Assembly (NCBI GenBank): GCA_017983955.1
Contig: JAGOAJ010000008.1
Coordinates: 24,184 to 88,183 of the forward strand
Direction: 5' to 3'
Length of the DNA: 64,000 nt
Origin: Burkholderiaceae bacterium
GTDB taxonomy: Bacteria > Pseudomonadota > Gammaproteobacteria > Burkholderiales > Burkholderiaceae_B
Within the stretch, counting starts at the first letter, position 1. Each line of letters begins with the position of its first letter. The translations under genes were made by a program, and so were the position numbers. This document shows positions 35,072 to 44,367 of the stretch, in pieces. The notes under the pieces are model-generated. The model was not told the DNA's origin and did no database searches. It worked only from the letters and a program-made list of their open reading frames with translations.

Positions 35072-36085
35072 ATGCTTTATTTCTCTACCAGTTCTTCCTC
35101 CGTCTTGCGCAAGCTATTGATTGCGTCCACAGCTGCCCTAATCAGCACCCAAGCCATCGCCGACACTGCCCCTACCAAGGTACGCTACGAAGAGGTTGTC
35201 AGATCCGTCCTTTATATGCCGATGTATGTCGCCTTGAATCAGAACTACTTCAAGGATGTCGGCCTGGATGTCAGCATGAAAACATCCCAGGGTACAGATA
35301 AAGGCATGGCCGCACTGCTATCGGGCAGCGCCGACATTGTGTTGATTGGACCGGAAGCGTCGATTTATGTCGCCAACAGCGAATCGCCAGTAAAACCCAA
35401 AGTGTTCGCCGGCCTGACGGCTACCGATGGGTTCCTGCTACTGTCTCGCCAACCCATAGAGAAATTCACTTGGGATATGGTCAAAGGTAAAAAGGTCATG
35501 TCGTTCCGGCCTGGCTCTAATCCAGATGTGTTTCTGGAATCGGCCATACGAAAAAACAATTTAGATCCGAAACGCGACCTAACCATGGTCAGTAACATTG
35601 GTGCAGCCGCGCGTGCGGGTGCCTGGATGGCCGGACAAAGCGACTTTGCCATCTTTCTAGAGCCTGAAGCAAGCAATCTTCAGAAAGACGGCCATGGGCA
35701 GATCGTCGCCTCTGTGGGTCAGGAAGTCGGCCAAGTGGACTTTACCGCTTTTACAGCCACCGACGCCTACTTGGAGAAAAACCCCAAGGTCGCGCAAGCG
35801 TGGACCAACGCCATTTACCGCGCACAGAAATACGTAGCCGATGCACCGCCCAGCGACTTGGCCAAGCAGATCAGTTCCTACTTTCCCGGCATCACGCAAG
35901 ACGAGTTGGTGACAACAATAGAGCGCTATCGCCAATACGACCTATGGAAGAAAACCCCCATGGTCGAACCAGCCGCCATCGAGGCGTTGCAAGATATGCT
36001 AATTGCCAGCGGGCTGCTTGAGTCAAAAGACCGTGTGCCCTACGAACAAGTAGTCCTAACCAATTTTGCAACCGAGGCCAAATAA
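35072..36085 (+). CDS. ABC transporter periplasmic binding protein, NMT1/THI5-SsuA/TauA-like (NitT/TauT family)
   Basis: 337 aa with a signal peptide ...STQAIA/DT. It has VRYEEV.RSVLYMPMYVA...YFKDVGLDV, typical of NMT1/SsuA-type receptors. Confidence 0.85.
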   Translation: MLYFSTSSSSVLRKLLIASTAALISTQAIADTAPTKVRYEEVVRSVLYMPMYVALNQNYFKDVGLDVSMKTSQGTDKGMAALLSGSADIVLIGPEASIYVANSESPVKPKVFAGLTATDGFLLLSRQPIEKFTWDMVKGKKVMSFRPGSNPDVFLESAIRKNNLDPKRDLTMVSNIGAAARAGAWMAGQSDFAIFLEPEASNLQKDGHGQIVASVGQEVGQVDFTAFTATDAYLEKNPKVAQAWTNAIYRAQKYVADAPPSDLAKQISSYFPGITQDELVTTIERYRQYDLWKKTPMVEPAAIEALQDMLIASGLLESKDRVPYEQVVLTNFATEAK

Positions 36086-36087
36086 CA

Positions 36088-36921
36088 ATGACCACACAAG
36101 TTCTGGAAAGAGCCTCGGCCCCCAGCCACGCAGCCGCCATACGGGCACGTATCGAGATCGACAATGTCTCGTTGCACTATTTCACCAAGCAAGGGGAAAC
36201 ACAGGCGCTGGACAACATCTCGCTGGATATCGGCGCAGGTGAATTCGTCAGTATCATCGGACAATCCGGCTGTGGGAAAAGCACGCTGCTGTCGATTATG
36301 GCCGGCATTCTTCGTCCATCCCAAGGCAGTATTAAAGTCGACGGCAAGGCTGTCACGGCGCCATCGCCGCGTATAGGCTACATGCTGCAGCAGGACTATC
36401 TGTTTGAATGGCGCACCATACTCGATAACACACTGTTAGGCGCCGAGATCCAGAAACGTGACATGAAGCAGGCACGGGAACGTGCCATCTACTTGCTTGA
36501 AAAGTGTGGCATGGGCGACTTCCAAGATCACTACCCTAGGGCCTTGTCGGGCGGCATGCGCCAGCGCGTTGCCCTGGCCCGTACCTTGGTGACCGATCCA
36601 GACGTCGTCTTGCTAGATGAACCATTTTCCGCCCTGGACTCGCAAACTCGCCTAGCCATCGCCGACGAAGTCGTCGATGTGCTTCGCAGCGAAGGCAAGT
36701 CAGTGGTGCTGGTCACGCATGATATTGGCGAAGCCATTGCCATGACCGACCGCGTCATCGTTCTGTCCCGCCGTCCAGGCCGCATCAAATCGCAGTATCT
36801 GATGAAGTTCCCTAGTCACGGCGCTGGGCACCCCACTCCGTTCGAGGCACGTTCTTTACCTGAATTCAACACCTACTTCAACATGTTGTGGGACGAGCTT
36901 GACGTGCACGTAGAAGGCTAA
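36088..36921 (+). CDS. ABC transporter ATP-binding protein (NitT/TauT family)
   Basis: It has Walker A GQSGCGKST, the signature LSGGMRQR and Walker B VVLLDEPFSALD. Confidence 0.92.
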   Translation: MTTQVLERASAPSHAAAIRARIEIDNVSLHYFTKQGETQALDNISLDIGAGEFVSIIGQSGCGKSTLLSIMAGILRPSQGSIKVDGKAVTAPSPRIGYMLQQDYLFEWRTILDNTLLGAEIQKRDMKQARERAIYLLEKCGMGDFQDHYPRALSGGMRQRVALARTLVTDPDVVLLDEPFSALDSQTRLAIADEVVDVLRSEGKSVVLVTHDIGEAIAMTDRVIVLSRRPGRIKSQYLMKFPSHGAGHPTPFEARSLPEFNTYFNMLWDELDVHVEG

Positions 36922-36936
36922 CCCTGGAGCAACACT

Positions 36937-37815
36937 ATGGAACTAAACCCTGCTATGTCTCTGAATAATACATCGGTCCAAACCCAAGTCGCCGATCACG
37001 CGTCGGCCGCCCAGGCCAACAAAGGCCCCAGCCCAGCCTATGTTGCCTATTTGAAAAAACAAAGCCGTCGGCAAAACATGATTTCGCTAAGCCGCATCAT
37101 GCTATTGGTGATATTTTTGGGTCTGTGGGAATTTATGGCCAAGACCAAAATGGTCAATCCCATGCTAACCAGCTACCCCAGCGCACTATGGCCCACCTTT
37201 CTTGATCTGCTGCAAAACGGCAATCTTATGCTGCACACCTGGGCTACCTTCAAAGCCACTATCATCGGCTTTATTATCAGCATGATTATGGGCGTGGCTG
37301 TAGCTGCCGCATTATGGTGGTCGGATTTTGCCAACAGGGTACTAGACCCCTTTCTGGTCATAGCCAACGCCATGCCAAAAATCGCCTTTGTCCCCATCTT
37401 CTACATTTGGCTGGGTTCGGAATATTCTGTGTATGGCATGGCTGTCGCCATTTCGGTCTTTATCACCATAATGGTGGCCTATGAAGGCTTTCGCGGTATC
37501 GATCCCAACAAAATCAAGCTGGCCCTTACCCTGGGAGCCTCGCGTTGGCAGATCCTTAATATGGTGGTGCTTCCCGGCAGCGTGCCCACCTTGCTGGCAG
37601 CCTTGAAGATGAATATCGGACTTGCACTGGTCGGTGTTATTGTTGGCGAGTTTCAATCAGCCAGCGAAGGCCTAGGATTTTTAATCATCAATGGCAGCCA
37701 GGTATTCAAACTGAACATCGTCATGACCGCCATCGCTATCCTGGCCGTCTTGTCCGGCTTGATGTATTTGGCTGTTGCACGCCTGGAAGCAGTCACTTCC
37801 CGCCGTTACGCTTAA
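36937..37815 (+). CDS. ABC transporter permease (NitT/TauT family)
   Basis: 292 aa with 6 TM helices. It has an EAA-like loop (...ALTLGASRWQILNMVVLPGSVP). Confidence 0.88.
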   Translation: MELNPAMSLNNTSVQTQVADHASAAQANKGPSPAYVAYLKKQSRRQNMISLSRIMLLVIFLGLWEFMAKTKMVNPMLTSYPSALWPTFLDLLQNGNLMLHTWATFKATIIGFIISMIMGVAVAAALWWSDFANRVLDPFLVIANAMPKIAFVPIFYIWLGSEYSVYGMAVAISVFITIMVAYEGFRGIDPNKIKLALTLGASRWQILNMVVLPGSVPTLLAALKMNIGLALVGVIVGEFQSASEGLGFLIINGSQVFKLNIVMTAIAILAVLSGLMYLAVARLEAVTSRRYA

Positions 37816-37824
37816 GGAGCTGAA

Positions 37825-38538
37825 ATGGATTTTCCTCAATGGGTTATTGATCGGGTCGTAGCACGCCAGGGGTGCTTACACCCCTATCCCGAGTTTGACC
37901 CCAGCAAGACGGCTTTCGTCATTATTGACCTGCAAAACTACTACACGCAGCCAGGCTTCCAAGGTGAGTGCGCCCCCGCGCGGGCGACGTTCGGCGCAGT
38001 CAACAAACTGGCGCAAGCCTTGCGCCAGGCCGGTGGCCACGTGGTTTGGATAAAAACCAGTTCAGACGGCGCCGACCAATTCTGGTCGCACCACCATAAC
38101 CATATGCTCACGCCTGAACGCAGTGCACGGCGACTGACCGAACTTAGCCCCAATCATGACGGCTTTCGCATGCCGCCCGAACTGGACGTTGACCCGCAAG
38201 ACCAGCAGGTCATCAAGCGCTGTTATAGCGCTCTGTCACCTGGCTCATCAAGCCTGGATGACGTGCTTAAAGCGAAAGGCATCACTACAGTCCTTATTGG
38301 CGGCACGGTGACCAACGTCTGTTGCGAGTCAACCGCGCGCGACGCCATGATGATGGATTACGCCACCATCATGGTCGATGATGCGCTATCGGCTGTTACG
38401 CCCGATGAACACGTCAACTCTTTAAACAACTGGATGCTGTTCTTCGGTGATGTGCTTAGCGTTGATGAGGTAATAGAACGCCTTCAACCTGGCGGCATCA
38501 TCCAAACCGAGGAAGCAGAAATACAAGCTGCGGTGTAG
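37825..38538 (+). CDS. Isochorismatase-family cysteine hydrolase (amidohydrolase)
   Basis: 237 aa. It has AFVIIDLQNYY (catalytic Asp) and VLIGGTVTNVCCESTARDA (nucleophilic Cys), with a Lys in between. Confidence 0.88.
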   Translation: MDFPQWVIDRVVARQGCLHPYPEFDPSKTAFVIIDLQNYYTQPGFQGECAPARATFGAVNKLAQALRQAGGHVVWIKTSSDGADQFWSHHHNHMLTPERSARRLTELSPNHDGFRMPPELDVDPQDQQVIKRCYSALSPGSSSLDDVLKAKGITTVLIGGTVTNVCCESTARDAMMMDYATIMVDDALSAVTPDEHVNSLNNWMLFFGDVLSVDEVIERLQPGGIIQTEEAEIQAAV

Positions 38539-38554
38539 GGCCAAGGTCCAACAC

Positions 38555-38584
38555 AAAAAAAGCCGCATAATGCGGCTTTTTTTG
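38555..38584 (+). terminator. Bidirectional rho-independent terminator (A6-AGCCGCA-TAA-TGCGGCT-T6)
   Basis: A perfect 7-bp GC-rich stem is flanked by A- and T-tracts, immediately after the hydrolase stop. Confidence 0.75.
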
Positions 38585-38630
38585 TTTCTGCAACTATTGA
38601 CGCGCCACCCCAGCCGTTGCACACTAAATC

Positions 38631-39872
38631 ATGGAAAACACTCAGCGCGCCCTTAACACCCGTTGCTGCGTAGTTGGCGGCGGTCCTGCAGGCATGATGC
38701 TCGGTTTGCAACTTGCACGAGCAGGGGTGGACGTTATTGTGTTAGAAAAACACGGCGATTTTCTACGTGATTTCCGAGGCGATACAGTACATCCAGCAAC
38801 GCTGGAAATACTGTCTGAACTGGGACTGAAACAACGTTTCGATGCCTTGCCACAGCATAGAGCAGATAAAATCGAGGGGCTTTTTGCCGATGGCGTCTAT
38901 GCGATCGGCGACTTTCGCGGGCTAAAACCATTTCCGTATATCGCGCTGGTTCCTCAGTGGGATCTATTGAACCTACTGGCGCAAGAGGCGCAGACCTATC
39001 CAAACTTCAGATTGCTTATGCGCTCTGAGGTAACAGATCTCGTCCACGACTCGAATACTAATCGTGTATGCGGTGTAATTGCTGACACGCCACATGGTCC
39101 ATTACATGTCCATGCCGATTTGGTGGTCGGCTGCGATGGTCGCCATTCACTCTTGCGCCAGGCGTCGGGACTACAGCCTAAGAATCTGGGCGCCCCTATG
39201 GACGTGCTGTGGTTTCGACTGCCACGACACGCCAGTGACCCAGACGGCACCTATGGCGTCCCAGGCAAAGGAAGCTTGCTGGTCTTACTGAATCGTAACG
39301 ACTATTGGCAAGCAGCCCTAGTCATTCCCAAAGGCGGAGCCGGGCAATGGCAGGCGCGCCCAATTAGCGACTTGCATAGGCTAATTGTGCGACGCGTGGC
39401 TTTCTTGTCGACCAACGTCGAAGCGCTGACCTCATGGGATGACGTCAAATTGCTAGAGGTCCGTGTAGACAGACTTCCTGACTGGCACCAGCCTGGCCTG
39501 CTACTGATCGGAGATGCCGCGCACGCTATGTCACCTATAGGCGGGGTCGGGATTAATCTGGCAATACAGGATGCCGTTGCTACTGCCAACATTTTAGGGC
39601 CAGCATTGCTTGCCCCCGGCCTGCCTGACGAGGCCCTGTTAGCAGCGGTGCAACGGCGTCGCTTACTGCCCACGCGAATCATCCAGACGATACAAGTCTT
39701 GCTACAACGCCGACTGATTGCCCCGGTGCTGAGTCTACATGACGATGGCCAGCCTTTAGTACTACCTGCGGCGGTTAAGTGGTTATTACGCTGGCGCTTG
39801 ATTCGCTCAATACCTGCGCGTGTATTCGGGGTGGGTTTTTTCCGCGAGCACGTGAAACTGAATAAGCGCTAG
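38631..39872 (+). CDS. FAD-dependent monooxygenase/oxidoreductase (UbiH/PHBH-like fold)
   Basis: 413 aa. It has CCVVGGGPAGMMLGLQLARAGVDVIVLEK, DG..S and the LLIGDAAHAMSPIGGVGINLAIQDA motifs. Confidence 0.85.
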   Translation: MENTQRALNTRCCVVGGGPAGMMLGLQLARAGVDVIVLEKHGDFLRDFRGDTVHPATLEILSELGLKQRFDALPQHRADKIEGLFADGVYAIGDFRGLKPFPYIALVPQWDLLNLLAQEAQTYPNFRLLMRSEVTDLVHDSNTNRVCGVIADTPHGPLHVHADLVVGCDGRHSLLRQASGLQPKNLGAPMDVLWFRLPRHASDPDGTYGVPGKGSLLVLLNRNDYWQAALVIPKGGAGQWQARPISDLHRLIVRRVAFLSTNVEALTSWDDVKLLEVRVDRLPDWHQPGLLLIGDAAHAMSPIGGVGINLAIQDAVATANILGPALLAPGLPDEALLAAVQRRRLLPTRIIQTIQVLLQRRLIAPVLSLHDDGQPLVLPAAVKWLLRWRLIRSIPARVFGVGFFREHVKLNKR

Positions 39873-39913
39873 TTCGCTGGCCCTCTTATCGCCACCAACC
39901 TGCCTATACGCAC

Positions 39914-40921
39914 CTACCCCATATCATTTAAGTGACAGGCAGATAGCCTGCCACTGGCAATACTCTTCAAAACAGGCGCTTGTTCAAGGCATATAGGCAT
40001 GGCGTGCGGACATCGAGGATGAAAGTAGCACCCAGCCGGAGGATTAAGCGGGGAAGGGATTTCGCCTTTAATGGGTATATATTCCCGCTTTTCGGCTGTT
40101 GCCCGCCCCATTTCGGACAGCAACGCTACGGTATACGGATGATTCGGCTGAGCAAATATATCATCCACCGGACCAGTTTCAACCACCCGCCCCAAATACA
40201 TGATGACAATACGGTCGCTGATGTGTTGGACCACGCCCAGGTCATGGCTGATAAATAAATAGGTCAGATTCAGCTGAGCGCGTAGATCCAGGAACAGGTT
40301 GATGACTTGGGCCTGGATAGACACATCCAATGCCGCCACGGACTCGTCACAAACTAATAACTCTGGATTTACGGCCAGGGCCCGAGCTATACCTATACGT
40401 GCTCGCTGACCACCGGAAAACTGGTGCGGGAAACGTCGCATTAATGCAGGGTCCAAGCCAACGCGGCTCAGTTGTTCGCTCACGTATTCATCACGTTGCT
40501 TGCGCGGCACCAGGCCGTGAGCAACAGGCGCTTCGCCAACGATATTGGTAACTCGCAAACGCGGGTTAAGGGACGAATAAGGGTCCTGAAAAACCATTTG
40601 CATACGTAGTTGCAACTTACGCTTCTCGATGTCGTCCAGGCTCGCAATAGGCACGCCCTTCCAGTAACGCTCACCCTCGGTCATGGGCATCAGGCCCAAC
40701 ACCAATCTGCCTAGTGTTGACTTGCCGCAGCCGGATTCGCCCACTAGACCTACTACTTCGCCAGAGGCAATGGCCAAATTAACGCCATCGACTGCACGCA
40801 CCACTTGTTCGGAGGCTTTTCCGCCAAACCGATTCACCAGTCTGTCAGCGATATCAAGCGATTTGACGAAACGCTTAGAGGCTCCTTTTACTTCGATCAG
40901 CGCCGCAGCCGCCTGAGTCAT
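39914..40921 (-). CDS. Oligo/dipeptide ABC transporter ATP-binding protein (DppF/OppF-like)
   Basis: It has Walker [31 protein letters not shown] and a C-terminal oligopeptide-type extension with Cys residues. I chose the start at ATG 40921 (AGGAA SD); the track start at 40954 would overlap the upstream gene. Confidence 0.9.
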   Translation of the reverse strand: MTQAAAALIEVKGASKRFVKSLDIADRLVNRFGGKASEQVVRAVDGVNLAIASGEVVGLVGESGCGKSTLGRLVLGLMPMTEGERYWKGVPIASLDDIEKRKLQLRMQMVFQDPYSSLNPRLRVTNIVGEAPVAHGLVPRKQRDEYVSEQLSRVGLDPALMRRFPHQFSGGQRARIGIARALAVNPELLVCDESVAALDVSIQAQVINLFLDLRAQLNLTYLFISHDLGVVQHISDRIVIMYLGRVVETGPVDDIFAQPNHPYTVALLSEMGRATAEKREYIPIKGEIPSPLNPPAGCYFHPRCPHAMPICLEQAPVLKSIASGRLSACHLNDMG

Positions 40922-40932
40922 AGAGGTTCCTT

Positions 40933-41907
40933 TCAGTTCAGAGGGTGGTGACAACGCACTGTATGCTGGCTGTCACTAGCGCTTACGGGGCGTGCCAGCG
41001 GCATAACGCTGCAATCTGCGCTGGCATAGGCGCAACGGGTACGAAATGGGCAGCCCTGCGGCAGGTCCAACAACGAAGGCGTCATGCCAGGAATTTGCTT
41101 GAGCTTGCTGCCGCGCGAGGTGCGCGACGGCAAAGAATCCAGCAGACCGCGAGTGTAAGGATGTGCAGACCGCATCAGTACGTCTTCTGTGCTGCCTTCT
41201 TCAACGATACGTCCGGCATACATGACGCAGACACGATCAGCCAGCCCGGCGACCACGGAAATATCATGAGTAATCCAGATCAACGCTGCCCCGGTTTCCC
41301 GGGTCAGGTTCTGCATTTCATAAAGTATCTGACCTTGAATTGTGACGTCCAAGGCGGTGGTAGGCTCGTCTGCAATGATAAGTTGTGGCTGATTAAGCAA
41401 AGCAATGGCAATCGCGACACGCTGTCGCATTCCACCTGAGAACTGGTGCGGATAAGCGCGCAGGCGTTCATCGGGCGACGGGATGCCTACCTTAGCCAGC
41501 GCTGCACTGGCCCGTTCCAAAGCAACGGAACGTTTGACCGATGCATGTGCCTGTATGGCCTCTATCATCTGGACGTCAATGCGCAAAACAGGATTAAGCG
41601 TCATCATAGGGTCTTGGAATATCATGGCCATGCGGTTGCCCCGCAACTGGCGCATATCTTCCTCGGACAGGGTACGCAAGTCTCGACCTGCAAACATCAA
41701 GGTTCCGCCCACGACCTTACCGGGGGGATCTATTAAGCCCATCAAGGAATAACCCGTCATGGACTTACCAGAACCAGACTCGCCCACCAAACCCAGAATT
41801 TCGCCTTTACGTAAGGTCAGGGACACATCTTCTACCGCATTCACCACTCCAGCCTTTGTATAAAAACGGGTCTGCAGGCCGGTCACGTCTAACAAGGGAG
41901 CGTTCAT
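40933..41907 (-). CDS. Oligo/dipeptide ABC transporter ATP-binding protein (DppD/OppD-like)
   Basis: It has [30 protein letters not shown] and the C-terminal CPF..RC motif. Confidence 0.9.
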   Translation of the reverse strand: MNAPLLDVTGLQTRFYTKAGVVNAVEDVSLTLRKGEILGLVGESGSGKSMTGYSLMGLIDPPGKVVGGTLMFAGRDLRTLSEEDMRQLRGNRMAMIFQDPMMTLNPVLRIDVQMIEAIQAHASVKRSVALERASAALAKVGIPSPDERLRAYPHQFSGGMRQRVAIAIALLNQPQLIIADEPTTALDVTIQGQILYEMQNLTRETGAALIWITHDISVVAGLADRVCVMYAGRIVEEGSTEDVLMRSAHPYTRGLLDSLPSRTSRGSKLKQIPGMTPSLLDLPQGCPFRTRCAYASADCSVMPLARPVSASDSQHTVRCHHPLN

Positions 41908-42809
41908 TTCTGCAACCTGGGATTCAACACATCACGCAACTGATCCGCGACAAGGTTGATGCTAAGTATGGCCAGCAACAGTGCCACGCCGGGAAAGAAG
42001 CTAATCCAGTAGTCGCCCGCCAACAGGTATTGATAACCATTGGCAATCAGCAGCCCCAAAGAGGGTTCGGTAATGGGCAGACCCAACCCCAGGAACGACA
42101 ATGTGGCTTCCAGCGCAATGGCACCAGCAACTTGGACAGTAGCCACAATAATCATGGGCGGTAAACAGTTAGGTAGCAGGTGGCCAACCACAATGCGCCA
42201 CGGCGACAAGGCCAGACAACGAGCCGCTTCCATGTATTCTTTGTTTCTTTCGACCAAAGCCGCGCTACGTACGGTGCGGGCATAGTAAGCCCACTGTACA
42301 GTGACCAGCGCGGCTATCACCTTGCCTGTGCCCTGCCCCAAGGCAGCGATCAGAATAAGCGCCACCAGTATGGCGGGGAAAGACAACTGTATATCCACGA
42401 GACGCATAATCAGCATTTGAGTCCTACGGCCGAAATACGCTGCCGATAGCCCGGCGGTCAATCCTATAGCTAAAGCAATGGCGGTACTGATAATTCCCAC
42501 GCTTAGACTGATACGTAGGCCATAGAAAATTGCCGAAAGCATGTCACGGCCCTGATCGTCGGTCCCCAACCAGAAAGTGCCTCCGGCCGGATTAACCGAG
42601 CCTGGCGCCAATCGGCCTGACATCATGTCTAACTGGGCCAGATCGTAAGGGTTTTGTGGCGAAATATGGGGCGCCAAAACTGCAACAATCAAGATAAGCA
42701 GCAATAACACAGCGCCAAAAATTGCAACCGTGCTTCCGCAAAAATCGGCAAGTAGGCGACGCCATGGTGACTCGACGGCCACGACTGGGGTGCTGAACTG
42801 GGTATTCAT
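41904..42809 (-). CDS. Oligo/dipeptide ABC transporter permease (DppC-like)
   Basis: 301 aa with 6 TM helices. It has the EAA loop YMEAARCLALSPWRIVVGHLLPN. Confidence 0.9.
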   Translation of the reverse strand: MNTQFSTPVVAVESPWRRLLADFCGSTVAIFGAVLLLLILIVAVLAPHISPQNPYDLAQLDMMSGRLAPGSVNPAGGTFWLGTDDQGRDMLSAIFYGLRISLSVGIISTAIALAIGLTAGLSAAYFGRRTQMLIMRLVDIQLSFPAILVALILIAALGQGTGKVIAALVTVQWAYYARTVRSAALVERNKEYMEAARCLALSPWRIVVGHLLPNCLPPMIIVATVQVAGAIALEATLSFLGLGLPITEPSLGLLIANGYQYLLAGDYWISFFPGVALLLAILSINLVADQLRDVLNPRLQK

Positions 42810-43783
42810 TCGCTCTCCGCCAAACGCACCCTGGGGTCCAACATGGAATAAAAGATATCCACCACCAGATTAATGACGATAAAAATCGTAACTATGATCA
42901 GCAAATAGGCAACGATCACAGGACGATCAAGGACATTGATTGAATCGATCAATAACTTGCCCATGCCCGGCCAGGAAAACACGGTCTCGGTGACGATAGC
43001 AAATGCAATCACAGAACCGAACTCGAGCCCTATTACCGTCACGATGGGTATCATGATATTGCGTAAAACATGCACGCCTATAACCCGGCGGTTGCGTAAA
43101 CCCTTGGCACGTGCAAACTTTACGTAATCCTGCATCATAGCTTCGCGAGCCCCTGCACGTGTAAGGCGGATCAACAGGGCTATTTGAAAAAGGGCCAGAT
43201 TCATGGCGGGCAGTATCAGGTGTGACCAGCCCTCTAAGGACAGGAATGACACGGGAAAGACACCAAACAAGTCCACCGTAGGGCCCCGACCACTGGCTGG
43301 GAGCCAGCCCAGCATCACGGAAAAAACCATAATAAGCATCAAGCCCACCCAAAATGTGGGCAGTGAAAAACCGAGTATGGAGCCCACCATGATGGTGCGA
43401 CTGGACATGCCGTTTGGACGCAGGCCCGCCCACAAACCCAGTGGCACGCCCAACACCATGGCCAATAAAGTAGCTATCGCCGCCAGCTCTATGGTGGCCG
43501 GCATGCGTTGAGTAATCAGCGCGAGTGCAGAAGTGCCATAAGCGAATGAATCACCCAGGTTGCCCTGAGCTATCCCTTGCAAAAAACTAAGGTACTGCTC
43601 GGGCAGGGACTTATCCAGCCCTAGCGCAATAATCGCCTTGGCGCGATCTGCCTGGTCAGCCTGTGGACTGATCAGCGTATCTATAGGATTGCCCAGGGCG
43701 TAAATACCTACAAATACAATCAAGGACATGATAAGCAACACCATGACGCTTTGAATGCCACGACGTAGCAGAAAGGCTAGCAT
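42806..43783 (-). CDS. Oligo/dipeptide ABC transporter permease (DppB-like)
   Basis: I trimmed the start to ATG 43783 (MLAFLLRRGIQSV...), which is the usual DppB N-terminus and avoids overlap with the AsnC gene stop at 43833. It has YVKFARAKGL. Confidence 0.9.
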   Translation of the reverse strand: MLAFLLRRGIQSVMVLLIMSLIVFVGIYALGNPIDTLISPQADQADRAKAIIALGLDKSLPEQYLSFLQGIAQGNLGDSFAYGTSALALITQRMPATIELAAIATLLAMVLGVPLGLWAGLRPNGMSSRTIMVGSILGFSLPTFWVGLMLIMVFSVMLGWLPASGRGPTVDLFGVFPVSFLSLEGWSHLILPAMNLALFQIALLIRLTRAGAREAMMQDYVKFARAKGLRNRRVIGVHVLRNIMIPIVTVIGLEFGSVIAFAIVTETVFSWPGMGKLLIDSINVLDRPVIVAYLLIIVTIFIVINLVVDIFYSMLDPRVRLAESE

Positions 43784-43832
43784 GACAGTTCTTGCCCTGA
43801 CGCCCTGCCCTGCCCGCTGTTGTTGATGCCGC

Positions 43833-44330
43833 TCATTTACCACCTCCTAGGTGATTCAATGGCAATGCCGTTGTCTTGATCACATTGCGTATTGCAAAAG
43901 TGGTTTTTATGCGCTTCACGCCTTCAATTTGACTGATATTGTCTTGCAGGAAATGCTGGATATCGTCCATGTCCTGGGCGACCACATGCAGCATGTAGTC
44001 CCAGTCGCCCGTCATGACATAGCATTCAAGGATGCAAGAAAAGCGTTTGATCGTGTCCTCGAAGATATCCAACAGCCTTTTGACCTGGCTGGCCATCTGG
44101 ACCTGGATAAAAGCGTCGACCCCCAGCGATACGCTGCGCATATCAACCAGCCCGACATAACCCTGTATAACGCCACTTTCCTCCAGAACTTGAACCCGCC
44201 TAAGACAGGGGGCTGGCGAAAGCCCCACTGCATTGGCCAAGTCTACATTGGAGATGCGAGCATTTTTTTGCAGCACATCCAGTATCGCCCTGTCCAGACG
44301 ATCAAACTCAGTTTTTTTAGCTGTCGTCAT
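43833..44330 (-). CDS. Lrp/AsnC-family transcriptional regulator
   Basis: 165 aa. It has LDRAILDVLQKNARISNVDLANAVGLSPAPCLRRVQVLEESGVI and a C-terminal RAM domain. Confidence 0.9.
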   Translation of the reverse strand: MTTAKKTEFDRLDRAILDVLQKNARISNVDLANAVGLSPAPCLRRVQVLEESGVIQGYVGLVDMRSVSLGVDAFIQVQMASQVKRLLDIFEDTIKRFSCILECYVMTGDWDYMLHVVAQDMDDIQHFLQDNISQIEGVKRIKTTFAIRNVIKTTALPLNHLGGGK

Positions 44331-44367
44331 ATCAACCTTGCTGATCGCCTAGAAGCAACTTACGTCA

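Noticed and set aside
33268-37815. A firm assignment of the island to taurine/organosulfonate catabolism, based on the TauE-like and TauT-type genes
   Set aside because: TSUP and NitT/TauT families are functionally very broad. No desulfonating enzyme (Xsc, TauD, SsuD, SuyAB, etc.) is present. I keep it only as an alternative hypothesis.
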